Assembly: GCF_030684315.1 (NCBI RefSeq)
Contig: NC_081369.1
Coordinates: 51,753,598 to 51,817,597, forward strand
Direction: 5' to 3'
DNA from: Stegostoma tigrinum
Taxonomy: Eukaryota
DNA: 64,000 nt
The number at the start of each line of letters is the position of its first letter. Position 1 is the first letter of the stretch. Positions 1-10,086 of this stretch are shown here, one piece after another. Under the pieces are notes generated by a model. It searched no databases. It had not been told where the DNA came from and worked only from the letters and a program-made list of their open reading frames with translations. The position numbers were made by a program, and so were the translations under genes.

Positions 1-439
1 AAGAAATGTTATAATCCCTTTGGGATTTGCGTTTAACTTTTGAGGGACAATTTTTTGGCCTGTTCTTCAAAAGATGTAAATTTCGTGCTGAAAATATTCT
101 ACTCATACATAAGACTAAAAAAAAGTTTAGAAAATTCAGCTGGAATGAACTGATAAATTCTTCATGTGCTAACATCCTTGCAATGAAAGAGAAAAATAAA
201 ACTTTAATGAGTTTGATATACTTAAATAACCAATTAAAGCTGAACACCTCAACTTTACTTATTTGAAATGCAATGTATAGTCCTCTCTCAATAAAATAAT
301 CAGATTTGCTGATGCTTCATTGAATGGGTTACTTGAGGGGTCTTGCCATGTGTAAGTTACCTGTCAGATGCACCTACCGTGACACACTGTTTGCTTCATT
401 TAATCATGTAGGTGTTACTGACAAGATCAGTGCTTAAGG

Positions 440-560
440 GACCTTCCCTAATTACTATTGAAAAGATGGTGGTGAGCTGCCTTCTTGAACTCCTGCAGTC
501 CATGTGGGTTAGCTACAGTGCTGTAAGGGAGGGAGTTCCAACATTTGACACAGCAACTGA
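440..560 (-). mobile_element. 3' tail fragment of an L2/CR1-group LINE
   Basis: 'gaaaagatggtggtgagctgccttcttgaactcctgcagtccatgtg' is the reverse complement of the tail at ~47280-47340 and recurs at 26645 and 52968. Confidence 0.6.
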
Positions 561-619
561 TGGAATAGTAATAGGATCTAATAAACTGAATGCATTTCTA
601 AAGTAAAAATAAAGGGGAT

Positions 620-800
620 CTCGTCCCAGAGGAACAAAAGGGTGCTCTCTCATTAGAGAGAGATGTCTGGTGGTGAGTTTAACCTTAGGGTCACCACATC
701 TCAGGTGAGGGGTGATGTTGAGAAGGCAGGATGGTGATCTCAGCCAGATTGGGAATTAAACTTGTGCTGTTGCCTTATTTGTGAAGCCATTGTGCATCTT
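620..800 (-). mobile_element. tRNA-derived SINE (family C), degenerate
   Basis: Shares 'cattagagagagatgtctggtggt...gggtcaccacatctcaggtgagg...ctcagccag..tgggaatt' with copies at 37580, 56450 and (opposite strand) 14740. Confidence 0.6.
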
Positions 801-1269
801 GCGGGCACACTGAACCATCAGAGCAAAAGAAATCAGAAGAATTTATTCAACCAATTTCTTTGATTTGTTTCACTGTGAATGCTCCTTCCTGTTTAGTAGT
901 TTTGGAAAGAAAATGGAGCGTAATGATTTGTAAGCAGTCGTAGATTTTATATTACAGCTAATCAGCAAAAGTTGAGCTCACAGGTATTAATTTTAGCCAA
1001 TTAGATGCAAGTTTTAATTGCCCTTTATACCTGTGAGCTTCAAGTATGCCATAGGCAGGAGGGGGTCAATGGCACTTGGTAATGTCCTCACCCCTGAGCC
1101 TGGAGGTTTACATTTCGCCTGATGTGTGCCACAACATGTCTCTACAGATTTTCATGACAAAAATATTTATAACTTGGGCAGTGGTGGTTGAGGAAACATG
1201 AAGATTCTATTGATCAATGAACAGGAAGTATATTGAAAGCATTTGGCAGAAGAATAATAAGGGAATTAA

Positions 1270-1500
1270 CAGCAATTATTTCATCCAGAAAGCATTGTGT
1301 GTTGGAACTCATTGCTTGAAGTAATAGAAGCAATATGATCATTGCCTTTGAAAAAAAATATTTTGGATATGGACTTGAAGTGCCTTAGCTGATAGGGTGA
1401 CAGACCAAGAGTGGGAAAGTAGAGTTTGTCTTTCTAGCAGTTGTTCAGCTGGCACAGAGGTGATGGGCTGAATGGTCTCTTTCTATGCCTTAAATATTTT
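1270..1500 (+). mobile_element. Degenerate CR1 LINE 3' end
   Basis: FIQKALCVWNSL-like coding tail followed by 'tgggctgaatggtctctttctatg' CR1 3' UTR motif. Confidence 0.55.
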
Positions 1501-1859
1501 ATTTTTATGTGTCTTCACTGTTTGAGTAGGTATGACCTCGCTCCAGCGTGAATGAACTATTCAGTCACCAGTGTTCTAAGCTGGCAGTAGTGAATGCGCA
1601 AGTGATTCTCAGGAGCTAAGTCACATTGCTTCCTCTGGAACCGAGGTAAAGATCAAACTCCCAATAAAATCTGTTCTGCCACTTCTAAAGAAAATCTAAA
1701 TGCTTAACAAAATGATATATTTATCACAAACTTTAACATAATTGACTGAAATTGATATTTTATATGTTCTTCAGCATTAAAAGGGAAATAATGGAATTGC
1801 AGTAATTTGTCAAATAGCCAAAAGCCTGAGGCTCTTACTTCAGCATAGCAACTGGTGTT

Positions 1860-2710
1860 GGAGCTCAATTAAATGCAGTTAATAAATTTGGAATGTGAAT
1901 CTAGTTGACCATGACAATCATCACTGCGCGTTGCAAAAACCCATCTGGTTCACAAATATCCTTTAGGGAAAGAAATCAACCATTCTTATACAAGATAACA
2001 AAGTGTGGAGCTGGATGAACACAGCAGGCCAAGCAGCATCTCAGGAGGACAAAAGAGGACGTTTCAGGCCTAGACCCTACATCAGAAAAGGGGGATGGGG
2101 AGATGGTTCTGAGATAAGTGGGGGGGGGGGGGTGGACTGAAGATGGATAGAAGAGAAGATAGGTGGAGAGTAGAGTTAAGGTGGGGAGGTAGGGAGGGGA
2201 TAGGTCAGCCCGGGGAGGATGGACAGGTCAAGGGGGCGGGATGACATTAGTAGGTAGGAAATGGAGGTGCGGCTTGAGGTGGGAGGAGGGGATGGATGAG
2301 TGAAAGATCAGGTTAGGCAGGCGGGGACGATCTGGGCTGGTTTTAGAATGCAGCAGGGAAGGGAAGATTTTGAAGCTGGTGAAGTCCACTCTGATACCAT
2401 TGAGCTGCAGGGTTCCCAAGCGGAATATGAGTGGCTGTTCCTGCAACCTTCGGGTGGCATCATTATGGCACTGCAGGAGGCCCAGGATGGACATGTCATC
2501 GAAGGAATGGGAGGGGCAGTTGAAATGGTTCACGACTGGGAAGTGCAGTTGTTACCCAGTCTGGCCTACAAGTGACTAGATATTCATAGTAAAGTAGCTA
2601 ACTCTTTACTTCCCCCTGAAGTGACGTAGCTAGGCAATTATGGAATTGAGGAAGGGCAAAAAAAGCTGGTCTTCCCTGTTTCACACACATCCCCTGAAAG
2701 AATAAAGAAA
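1860..2710 (+). mobile_element. tRNA-derived SINE (family B), split by a Penelope insertion
   Basis: 'aaaaacccatctggttcacaaatatcctttagggaaagaaat' continues after 2550 as 'cagtctggcctacaagtgact...gggcaa...aagctgg'; same family as 3115, 32480 and 62890. Confidence 0.65.
1991..2550 (-). mobile_element. Penelope-like element 3' fragment (GIY-YIG C-terminus + pLTR, family 1)
   Basis: ORF 2228-2533 reads HFNCPSHS..MSILGLLQCHNDATRRLQEQPLIFRLGTLQLNG; near-identical to 40684-41209 on the opposite strand; degenerate hammerhead at ~2058-2085. Confidence 0.85.
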
Positions 2711-3114
2711 TATACAAAAATAGGCAGCGCACGATGTTTTACTTTCTTGTATCAAAGTTTTGCAGAGGTAACAAATCTCACTAATTTTATATCATGATTA
2801 AAATACCATCTGAGATCTCAGCATTAGAGGCAGAACATAACAAACTGAGGAAAGCAAATCCATGCCTTCAGTTTAAAAAAAAGCAATTTTGAGTGACTGA
2901 GATGTGTAAATAAATGTTCAAGAAAAGTGGAGTTAAATCATACTTTTATGCTTTGCCATAGAGCCATCCTTCGCCCCAGCACACAAGTGCAACATAGCAT
3001 AGCATGGCAACAGAGGAGTAATAATTTCAATTTGGCAGCCGTTCCTTTAGTTCGTCTGAATATTGTGCAACTAATTGGGTTATAAGGGGTGTGCACAACC
3101 TTAGATGGGGGATG

Positions 3115-3410
3115 GTGACAATATTACTGCCCTAATCATCCAATAATCTAAGGCTAATATTCTGAGGACGTGGCTTGAAAGATTGTCAAATTGGAAATCT
3201 ACATTAAAAAAAGTTCTGGAATACAAAGTAACTACAATTGATCTTCTAAAAAAAGCTAATGCATCACAAATGTGCTTTAAGGAAGGAAACATGCTGTCCT
3301 CTGATCTGACCTACAAGTGACTGCGATCCACCAGTGGTTGAATCTTAACTATGCTCTGGGCAATTAGGAATATACAATGAATGCTGGACTAGCCAATGCC
3401 ATTAACTATT
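3115..3410 (+). mobile_element. tRNA-derived SINE (family B), degenerate
   Basis: Body 'taaggaaggaaacatgctgtcctctgatctgacctacaagtgact' and tail 'gggcaattaggaat..aatgaatgctgg'. Confidence 0.55.
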
Positions 3411-4541
3411 TTTTAAAAAAGTAAATTTCCAGGGGTGTCAGAGTTACCGACTCCAAAGAAACATTTATCAGAAGAAACAAAATAAAAAGGAACTCCTTCC
3501 TTTAAATGAAATATAATTCTTTAAAGAAATCTACCACAAGCTCATAAAAACCATACAGCTCTTTTGTCCTCAGCCAGCAAATGTACTTTTTTTTCTGTTT
3601 TCTAAACCCCAGATTAATATAGAAATAGCAGTAGTCAGCACTTCTCTATCACTTTTAAAAAAAAGGGACAGCAGACCTCATGATTTTTTTTTAAATTGTT
3701 GATTTCCTAAAATTACCCAATAGGTCAATCAGCTGACCTTGTTCAAAGTTACTCAAGATGTGTCATTTAGCCTAGTTAGCACATTTCTTGTGTTACCAAT
3801 TCATCATCCATGTGTGCAAAAAAGTAAAACTAGGAGTTACCAGGAGTTGAGGTTTAAAATTCAATTCTGTCACATAAAGAGAATGTAGAAGTTGTACTTT
3901 GAGCCATGATATCCCTCTGCAATTGTTCAGTAATGAGTAAAGTTTTAAAAAGGACACATTTCATAGACTACCCAAGGATGATGAAGTGCATCCAGCTGTC
4001 TTACTCATCAGGAAATGATTAATTTATAATTTGGTAGAGCGTTTGGCAATTTGTTGACCCTGAAAATGGGAAGAGTAGTGCAGTTCAGCTGTTAATGCTC
4101 TTGCCCAGACTTTGTTTGCCTAACGTGACCAATTGGATAATGAAACATTTAGCATTGTATGTTAACATTAAGAAGTTTCCACTGAGGCAACAAACAAGCA
4201 TAGATATTTGGCATAAAGTAGGGCCAATGGAGTTGACACAGCAGGCATAAATCTGGTTAAAATCCTGAAACGGATGGCCAAAGAGTTACCTCTTTTGAGC
4301 AAAAGATTATTTATAATCTGCATTCTTTATTTTGTTCATTCACAGCATGTGGGTATTGCTGGCTAGACCAGCATTTATTATCAAACCCTAAGCACCCAGT
4401 GGGCAGCTAAGAGTCAACCACATTGCAGTGGGTCCGGAGTCACATGTAGGCCAAGCTCGGCCAAGTAAAGATGGCACAATAACAGAAGTTTCAGGAAAAG
4501 GTCAGCAGGTCTGGCAGCATCTGTGAAGAAAAATCAGAACT

Positions 4542-4571
4542 AATATTTCAGGTCCATTGACCCTTCCTCAG
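4542..4571 (-). ncRNA. Minimal type I hammerhead ribozyme motif (PLE family 2)
   Basis: Minus strand reads agtt-CTGAGGA-a-gggtc-aatg-gacct-GAA-ATAT-T: core intact, palindromic helix III tetramer ATAT. Confidence 0.65.
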
Positions 4572-6071
4572 AACTGATGGTAGCCAGGAAAATGTCAGTT
4601 TATATGCAGAAGATAAGAGTTAGGAGAGGGTGTAAGGAGTAAAAGATAGTTGGGTTCAGAGCCCAAAGAGACAGAGAGGGACAGTTGGACAGAGAAGTTA
4701 ATAACTATCTGGTTAGCAGAATGAACAGCTGTTAGTGGAAAGTGTTAGTGGCTAACAATAGGCAATGTGCAATGGCAGGCTATGTGGGCCTGGTGTGTGG
4801 GGTGGGGGACTAGGACAAGGGAGAGCTCAGGCCCTAAAATTAATGAACATGGTATTGAGTCCAGAGATATGCAGGGTCTCGAAGTGAAAAATGAGGTGCT
4901 CTTCCAGCTTGTATTGAGCTTCACTGGAACATTACAGCCAGCCTAATGCAGAAATGTTGGCCAGGGAACACGATGGTGTGTTAAAGTGGGAGGCAAGTGG
5001 TAGCTCAGGGTCTATTTTTTGGGCACAATATGAATGTTCTGTGAGCGGTCTATGCTTCATTTCCCCACTGTAGAGGAGACCACATTGTGAGTAATGAATG
5101 CAACAGACAAGATTGTGGGAAGTGCAGGTAAAGTGCTGCTTCACCTGGAAGGTATGTTTGTGCCCTTGGACACTGGGGAGAGGGGAGATAAATGGGCAGG
5201 TGTTGCACTTTCAGCGACTGCAGGGGAAGGTGCCATGGTGCTGTGCGGGCGTGATGCAAGTGAAGGAAGAATGGACCAGGGTATCCAAGAGGGAATGGGC
5301 CCTATCGAAGCCTCTGCAACCTTCCTCCCCTCCTCTTCCCTCTGACTCCATCCCCTTCCCCAGCACACCTCCTGTCGGGTGTTCACCATCATTCCCAACC
5401 TTCCGCTCGCCGGTGCTGAACATTCTGTACTCAGCAAAGGTATCAGCTTTATCCCTCCATCTCAACGAATTTTGGGCACAACATGACTTCGAACTCTTCT
5501 TCTCCTGCCTTCATCTCCGTGTCCATTTCTTTGGATACGAGTCCTTTTCCTGTCCCACAGACTCCTTCACACACCTCCAACACTGTCCCTCCATTTGTCC
5601 CTCCACCTCCCACTGGCCTTTTACCTGCACCTAATCTGTTCATGGAGAACCATCAAAACGATATTCGTGGCCTCAGTTTCTCTACATCCATCACCCAACC
5701 AAACTATCGCCCTCTGAACAGACTGCACTCTACGTGCTTAGATCCAACCCTGATTTTGTTATTAAGCCTGTCGATTAGGGCGGTGCTATTGTAGTCTGGT
5801 GTACTGACCCCAACATTGCAGAGGCTGAGCGCAGCTCTCATACCTCCTCTTATCTTTCCCTGGACCATGACCCCACCATGACACATCAGACCATTTATCT
5901 ACCACTATAACTGATCTCAATTCATCTGGTGGCCTCCCCCCGCCACTGCTTCCAAACTGATAGTCATTCAGCCCCGCACAGCTCATTTCTACCTCCTTCC
6001 AAAATTCCACACACAGGACTGCCCAGGCAGACCCAATGTTTCAGCTTGCTCCTGCCCCACAGAACTCATCT

Positions 6072-7543
6072 TTAAATCGTCATTGTCTACAGGAATAGTG
6101 CCAGATGACTGGAGGATAGCAAATGTGGTTCCCCTGTTCAAGAAGGGGAGAAGAGACAACCCTGGTAATTATAGACCAGTGAGCCTTACCTCAGTTGTTG
6201 GTAAAGTATTAGAAAAGGTTATAAGGGATAGGATTTATAATCATCTGGAAAAGAATAAATTGATTAGGGATAGTCAGCACGGTTTTGTGAAGGGAAGGTC
6301 GTGCCTCACAAACCTTATTGAGTTCTTTGAGAAGGTGACCAAACAGGTAGATGAGAGTAAACCAGTAGATGCGGTGTATATGGATTTCAGCAAGGCGTTC
6401 AATAAGGTTCCCCACAATAGGCTATTGTACAAAATGCGGAGGAATGGAATTGTGGGAGATATAGCAGTTTGGATCGGAAATTGGCTTGCTGAAAGAAGAC
6501 AGAGGGTGGTAGTTGATGGGAAATGTTCATCCTGGAGACCAGTTACTAGTGGTGTACCGCAAGGGTCGGTGTTGGGTCCACTGCTGTTTGTCATTTTTAT
6601 AAATGACCTGGATGAGGGCGTAGAAGGATGGTTTAGTAAATTTGCAGACGACACTGAGGTCGGTGGAGTTGTGGATAGTGATGAAGGATGCTGTAGGTTG
6701 CAGAAAGACATAGATAAGCTGCAGAGCTGGGCTGAGAGGTGGCAAATGGAGTTTAATGCAGACAAGTGTGAGGTGATGCACTTTGGTAGGAGTAACCGGA
6801 AGGCAAAGTACAGGGTTAAAGGTAAGATTCTTAGTAGTGTAGATGAGCAGAGAGATCTTGGTGTCCATGTACACAGATCCTTGAAAGTTGCCACACAGGT
6901 TGACAGGGCTGTTAAGAAGGCGTACAGTGTTTTAGCTTTTATTAATAGAAGGATCGAGTTCCGGAACCAAGAGGTTATGGTGAAGCTGTACAAAACTCTG
7001 GTGCGGCCGCACTTGGAGTATTGTGTACAGTTCTGGTCACTGCATTATAAGAAGGATGTGGAAGCTTTGGAAAGGGTGCAGAGGAGATTTACTAGGATGT
7101 TGCCTGGTATGGAGGGAAGGTCTTACGAGGAAAGGCTGAGGGACTTGAGACTGTTTTCATTAGAGAGAAGAAGGTTGAGAGGTGACTTAATTGAAACATA
7201 TAAAATAATCAGAGGGTTAGATAGGGTGGATAGGGAGAGCCTTTTTCCTAGGATGGTGATGGCGAGCACAAGGGGGCATAGCTTTAAATTGAGGGGTGAA
7301 AGATATAGGACAGATGTCAGAGGTAGTTTCTTTACTCAGAGAGTAGTAAGGGAATGGAACGCTTTTCCTGCAACGGTAGTAGATTCGCCAACTTTAGGTA
7401 CATTTAAGTCGTCATTGGATAAGCATATGGACGTACATGGAATAGTGTAGGTTAGATGGGCTTGAGATCGGTATGACAGGTCGGCACAACATCGAGGGCC
7501 GAAGGGCCTGTACTGTGCTGTAATGTTCTATGTTCTATGTTCT
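6072..7543 (+). mobile_element. Young 5'-truncated CR1 LINE (HER1-like) inserted in the Penelope ORF
   Basis: Uninterrupted RT ORF, CR1 3' UTR and (TGTTCTA)n tail; ATCT at both junctions (6068-6071, 7544-7547); the Penelope ORF resumes across the insert. Confidence 0.95.
6083..7450 (+). CDS. CR1 LINE ORF2 fragment, reverse transcriptase domain and C-terminus (no endonuclease, no true start codon)
   Basis: NYRPVSLTS, QHGFVKGRSCLTNL, YMDFSKAF, GVPQGSVLGPLLF, KFADD, LVRPHLEYCVQFW motifs; 455 aa without stops. Confidence 0.93.
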   Translation: MSTGIVPDDWRIANVVPLFKKGRRDNPGNYRPVSLTSVVGKVLEKVIRDRIYNHLEKNKLIRDSQHGFVKGRSCLTNLIEFFEKVTKQVDESKPVDAVYMDFSKAFNKVPHNRLLYKMRRNGIVGDIAVWIGNWLAERRQRVVVDGKCSSWRPVTSGVPQGSVLGPLLFVIFINDLDEGVEGWFSKFADDTEVGGVVDSDEGCCRLQKDIDKLQSWAERWQMEFNADKCEVMHFGRSNRKAKYRVKGKILSSVDEQRDLGVHVHRSLKVATQVDRAVKKAYSVLAFINRRIEFRNQEVMVKLYKTLVRPHLEYCVQFWSLHYKKDVEALERVQRRFTRMLPGMEGRSYEERLRDLRLFSLERRRLRGDLIETYKIIRGLDRVDRESLFPRMVMASTRGHSFKLRGERYRTDVRGSFFTQRVVREWNAFPATVVDSPTLGTFKSSLDKHMDVHGIV

Positions 7544-8177
7544 ATCTCTTTCTGCCTTAACTCAGTCTTTTCTCGCCTGGTCCAGTCACTGCCCATGTAC
7601 ATCTGTGATTCTTATGATGTTCTATACCAGCTTCAGAATTTCTAGTTTGCAGACCTCAGCAGCCACCTCTTTACCAAGGACATGCAATCCCTTTATATAT
7701 CCATACTCGCAGGGCTCTCCTCTTCTTCCTGGAACAAAGGCCTGAGCCATCCCCACCCACCACCACCCCTCTCCACTTGGCCAAGCTCGACCTCACCCTT
7801 AATAACATTTCTTTTAACTTCTCACATTTTCTTCAGATCAGCGAGGTGGCCATGGGTACGCACATGGGCCGCAAGAATGTTTGTCTCTTCGTGATGTATG
7901 TAGAAGATTCCTTGACCCAGCCCTATTCCGGCCTTACCCACAACTATTTCCCTGATATATCGATGACATCATCGGAGCTGTTTCCCTCTCTCATTTGGAG
8001 TTGGAAAAGTTCATCAATTTCGCTTCTGATTTCCACCCTGCCCTCAACTAGCTGGTCTTCCTCTGACTCCTCCCTTCCTTTCCTCAACATCTCTGCTTCC
8101 ATTTCTGGGAAAGACTGGCCACTAATATCCACTATAAACCTATTGACTCCGTCAGCTACCTGGACTATACACCCTTA

Positions 8178-8280
8178 CACTCTGGTTCCTATAATGACTC
8201 CATCCCATTCTCTCAGTTCATCTGTCTCCATCACTCTGCTTCCTGTAAAGACTCCATCCTATCCTCTCAGTTCATCTGTC
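8178..8280 (+). repeat. Tandem duplication (54-bp period) inside the Penelope ORF
   Basis: cactctggttcctataatgactccatcccattctctcagttcatctgtc / cactctgcttcctgtaaagactccatcctatcctctcagttcatctgtc. Confidence 0.85.
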
Positions 8281-9287
8281 ATATATGTTCTGATGAGGCC
8301 ACCTTTGACAAGGGTGCCTCTGAAATGTCCATCATCCCCCTCAACCAAGGATTCCCAGCATTGTTGTTGACAGGGCCCTCAACCAGGTGTAATCCATCTC
8401 CCACGCTTCCACCCTTACCCCTCTCTTCCCTCTTACAACAGCGATAGTTTTCCCATTGTCGTTACTTACCATCTCACCAGCATCCAATCCAGAAGATCAT
8501 CAGACTCTATTTCCACCACCTCCAGCAAGATGCCAACACCAGATACATATTTCCCTCACCTCCTTGTCCAACTTCTGCAGGGACCATTCCTTCTGAGACA
8601 TTCTGGCCCAGTCTTTCTTCACTACCAACAGCCCCTACAGCCCTGCGACACCTTCTCCTGTAATCTGTGAAGGTGCAACACCTGCCCATTTACCTCCTCC
8701 CTCCCTGGTATCTAAGGGCACAAACATACCTTTCAGTTGAAGCAGGGCTTTACCTGCACTTCCCACAATCTATCTATTGCATTCACTGCTCACTTGTCTA
8801 CTCTACAATGTGGAAATAAAGAATAGAGTAGGTGACCGCTTCACAGAAAATGTACATTCTGTCCACAAAAAAAGACCCTGCGCTTCCAGTTGCCTCCCAC
8901 TTTAACACACCACCTTGTTCCTGGGCCAGCAACTCTGTATTAGGCTGGCTGTAGTGTTCCAGCGAAACTCAGCACAAACTGGAAGAACAACACCTCATTT
9001 GCTGTTCAGGGATCCTCAGCCCTCCAGACTCAATATCAAATTCAATAATTTAAGCCTGAACATTCCCAAGTCCCAGGCCCCTACCCCACACACCAGGACT
9101 TGTTATGACATAGCCTGCCATTACACATCACCTGTTGTTAGTCATTAACAGTCCCCACGAACAGCTTTTCACCCTCCCAGCCTGATCATTATCAACTCTT
9201 TTGTCTGTCCAACTGTTCTCTCTCTTTGGGCTCTATCCCACCTATTGTTTACTCCTTACCCTCTCTGCTGGCTCTGTCTTCTGCATA

Positions 9288-9579
9288 GGGGCGGCACGGT
9301 GGCTCAGTGGTCAGCACTGCAGCCTATCAGCACCAGGGACCCAGGTTCACTTCCAGCCTCGGGCAACTGTCTGTTTGCACATTCTCCCCTTGTCTGTGAG
9401 GGTTTCCTCCCACAGTCCAAAGATGTGCAGGCTGGGTGGATTGGCCATGCTAAATTGCCCGTAGCGTTCAGGGGTGTGTGGGTGATAGGGGGATGGGTCT
9501 GGGTGGGATGCTCCAAGGGGCAGTGTGGACTTGTTGCTCCAAAGGGCTTGTTTCCACGCTGGAGGGAATCTAATCTAAT
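9288..9579 (+). mobile_element. HE1-type (V-SINE) tRNA-derived SINE inserted in the Penelope pLTR
   Basis: A box tggctcagtgg, B-box-like ggttcacttcc, core 'cccacagtccaaagatgtgcagg..ggattggccatgctaaattgccc', CR1-like tail (AATCT)n; cata TSD at 9284-9287/9580-9583. Confidence 0.9.
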
Positions 9580-9607
9580 CATATAATTTTCCTAGCTACC
9601 ATCAGTT

Positions 9608-9637
9608 CTGAGAAAGGGTCACTGGACCTGAAACATT
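9608..9637 (+). ncRNA. Degenerate hammerhead motif in the Penelope pLTR (family 2)
   Basis: agtt-CTGAGAA-a-gggtc-actg-gacct-GAA-ACAT-T-aact; stem I agtt/aact pairs but the core has a G>A change. Confidence 0.55.
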
Positions 9638-9899
9638 AACTCTGGTTTTTCCTTCGCAGATGCTGCCAGACCTGCTGAGCTTTTCCAGCAATTTCTGTTT
9701 TTGTTCCTGATTTGCAGCATCCATGGTTCTTCTAGGTTTGTCAGGCAAAGATGGCAGTTTCCCCTCCCTAAGGAGACATTAGTGAACCAGATTGTTCAAA
9801 TGGTGTGTAATGTCAAAATTTGCAGATGACACTAAGGTGAGTGGTAGAGCAAAGTGTGCAGAAGATGCTGAAAGTCTGCAGAGGGATACAGATAGTCTA

Positions 9900-10086
9900 A
9901 GAGATACTGGGAACTGCAGATGCTGGAGAATCCAAGATAATAAAATGTGAGGCTGGATGAACACAGCAGGCCCAGCAGCATCTCAGGAGCATCTGATGAA
10001 GGGTCTAGGCCCGAAACGTCAGCTTTTGTGCTCCTGAGATGCTGCTGGGCCTGCTGTGTTCATCCAGCCTCACATTTTATTATCTT
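9900..10086. mobile_element. Fold-back PLE mini-insertion (family 1) with hammerhead in the loop
   Basis: Perfect 58-bp inverted arms 9934-9991/10029-10086; exact 10-bp TSD agatagtcta (9890-9899/10087-10096). Confidence 0.92.
9993..10020 (+). ncRNA. Minimal type I hammerhead ribozyme motif, intact core
   Basis: CTGATGA-a-ggg-tctagg-ccc-GAA-ACGT-C: conserved core, palindromic ACGT helix III, GUC cleavage triplet. Confidence 0.8.

Larger units (their letters stand above)
4477..9746 (+). mobile_element. Penelope-like retroelement (family 2): inverted 3' segment (4477-~5305), decayed RT/GIY-YIG ORF (~5330-9060) and pLTR
   Basis: Motifs VIKPVD*GGAIVVW (~5758), FYLLPKIHTQDCPGRP (~5987), VAMGTHMG (~7846), YIDDII (~7956), GIY-YIG-like CTSHNLVCCIHYSQCGLLYSGE in the inverted arm; 10-bp TSD aaagatggca. 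Confidence 0.9.

Noticed and set aside
6274-6993. 239-aa minus-strand ORF
   Set aside because: Antisense shadow of the CR1 RT frame; no independent protein features.
7777-8370. 197-aa ORF (also 5098-5634, 178 aa)
   Set aside because: Frameshifted mosaics of the decayed Penelope ORF, not genes.
9288-9360. tRNA-like A/B boxes (also ~17520-17590, 28755, 39985)
   Set aside because: These are SINE heads followed by SINE bodies; no complete cloverleaf.
9900-10086. Hairpins as pre-miRNAs or DNA-transposon MITEs
   Set aside because: Arms are asymmetric, derive from PLE pLTRs, and have variable 10-14 bp TSDs, which fits retrotransposition rather than a fixed-TSD DDE transposon or a miRNA gene.
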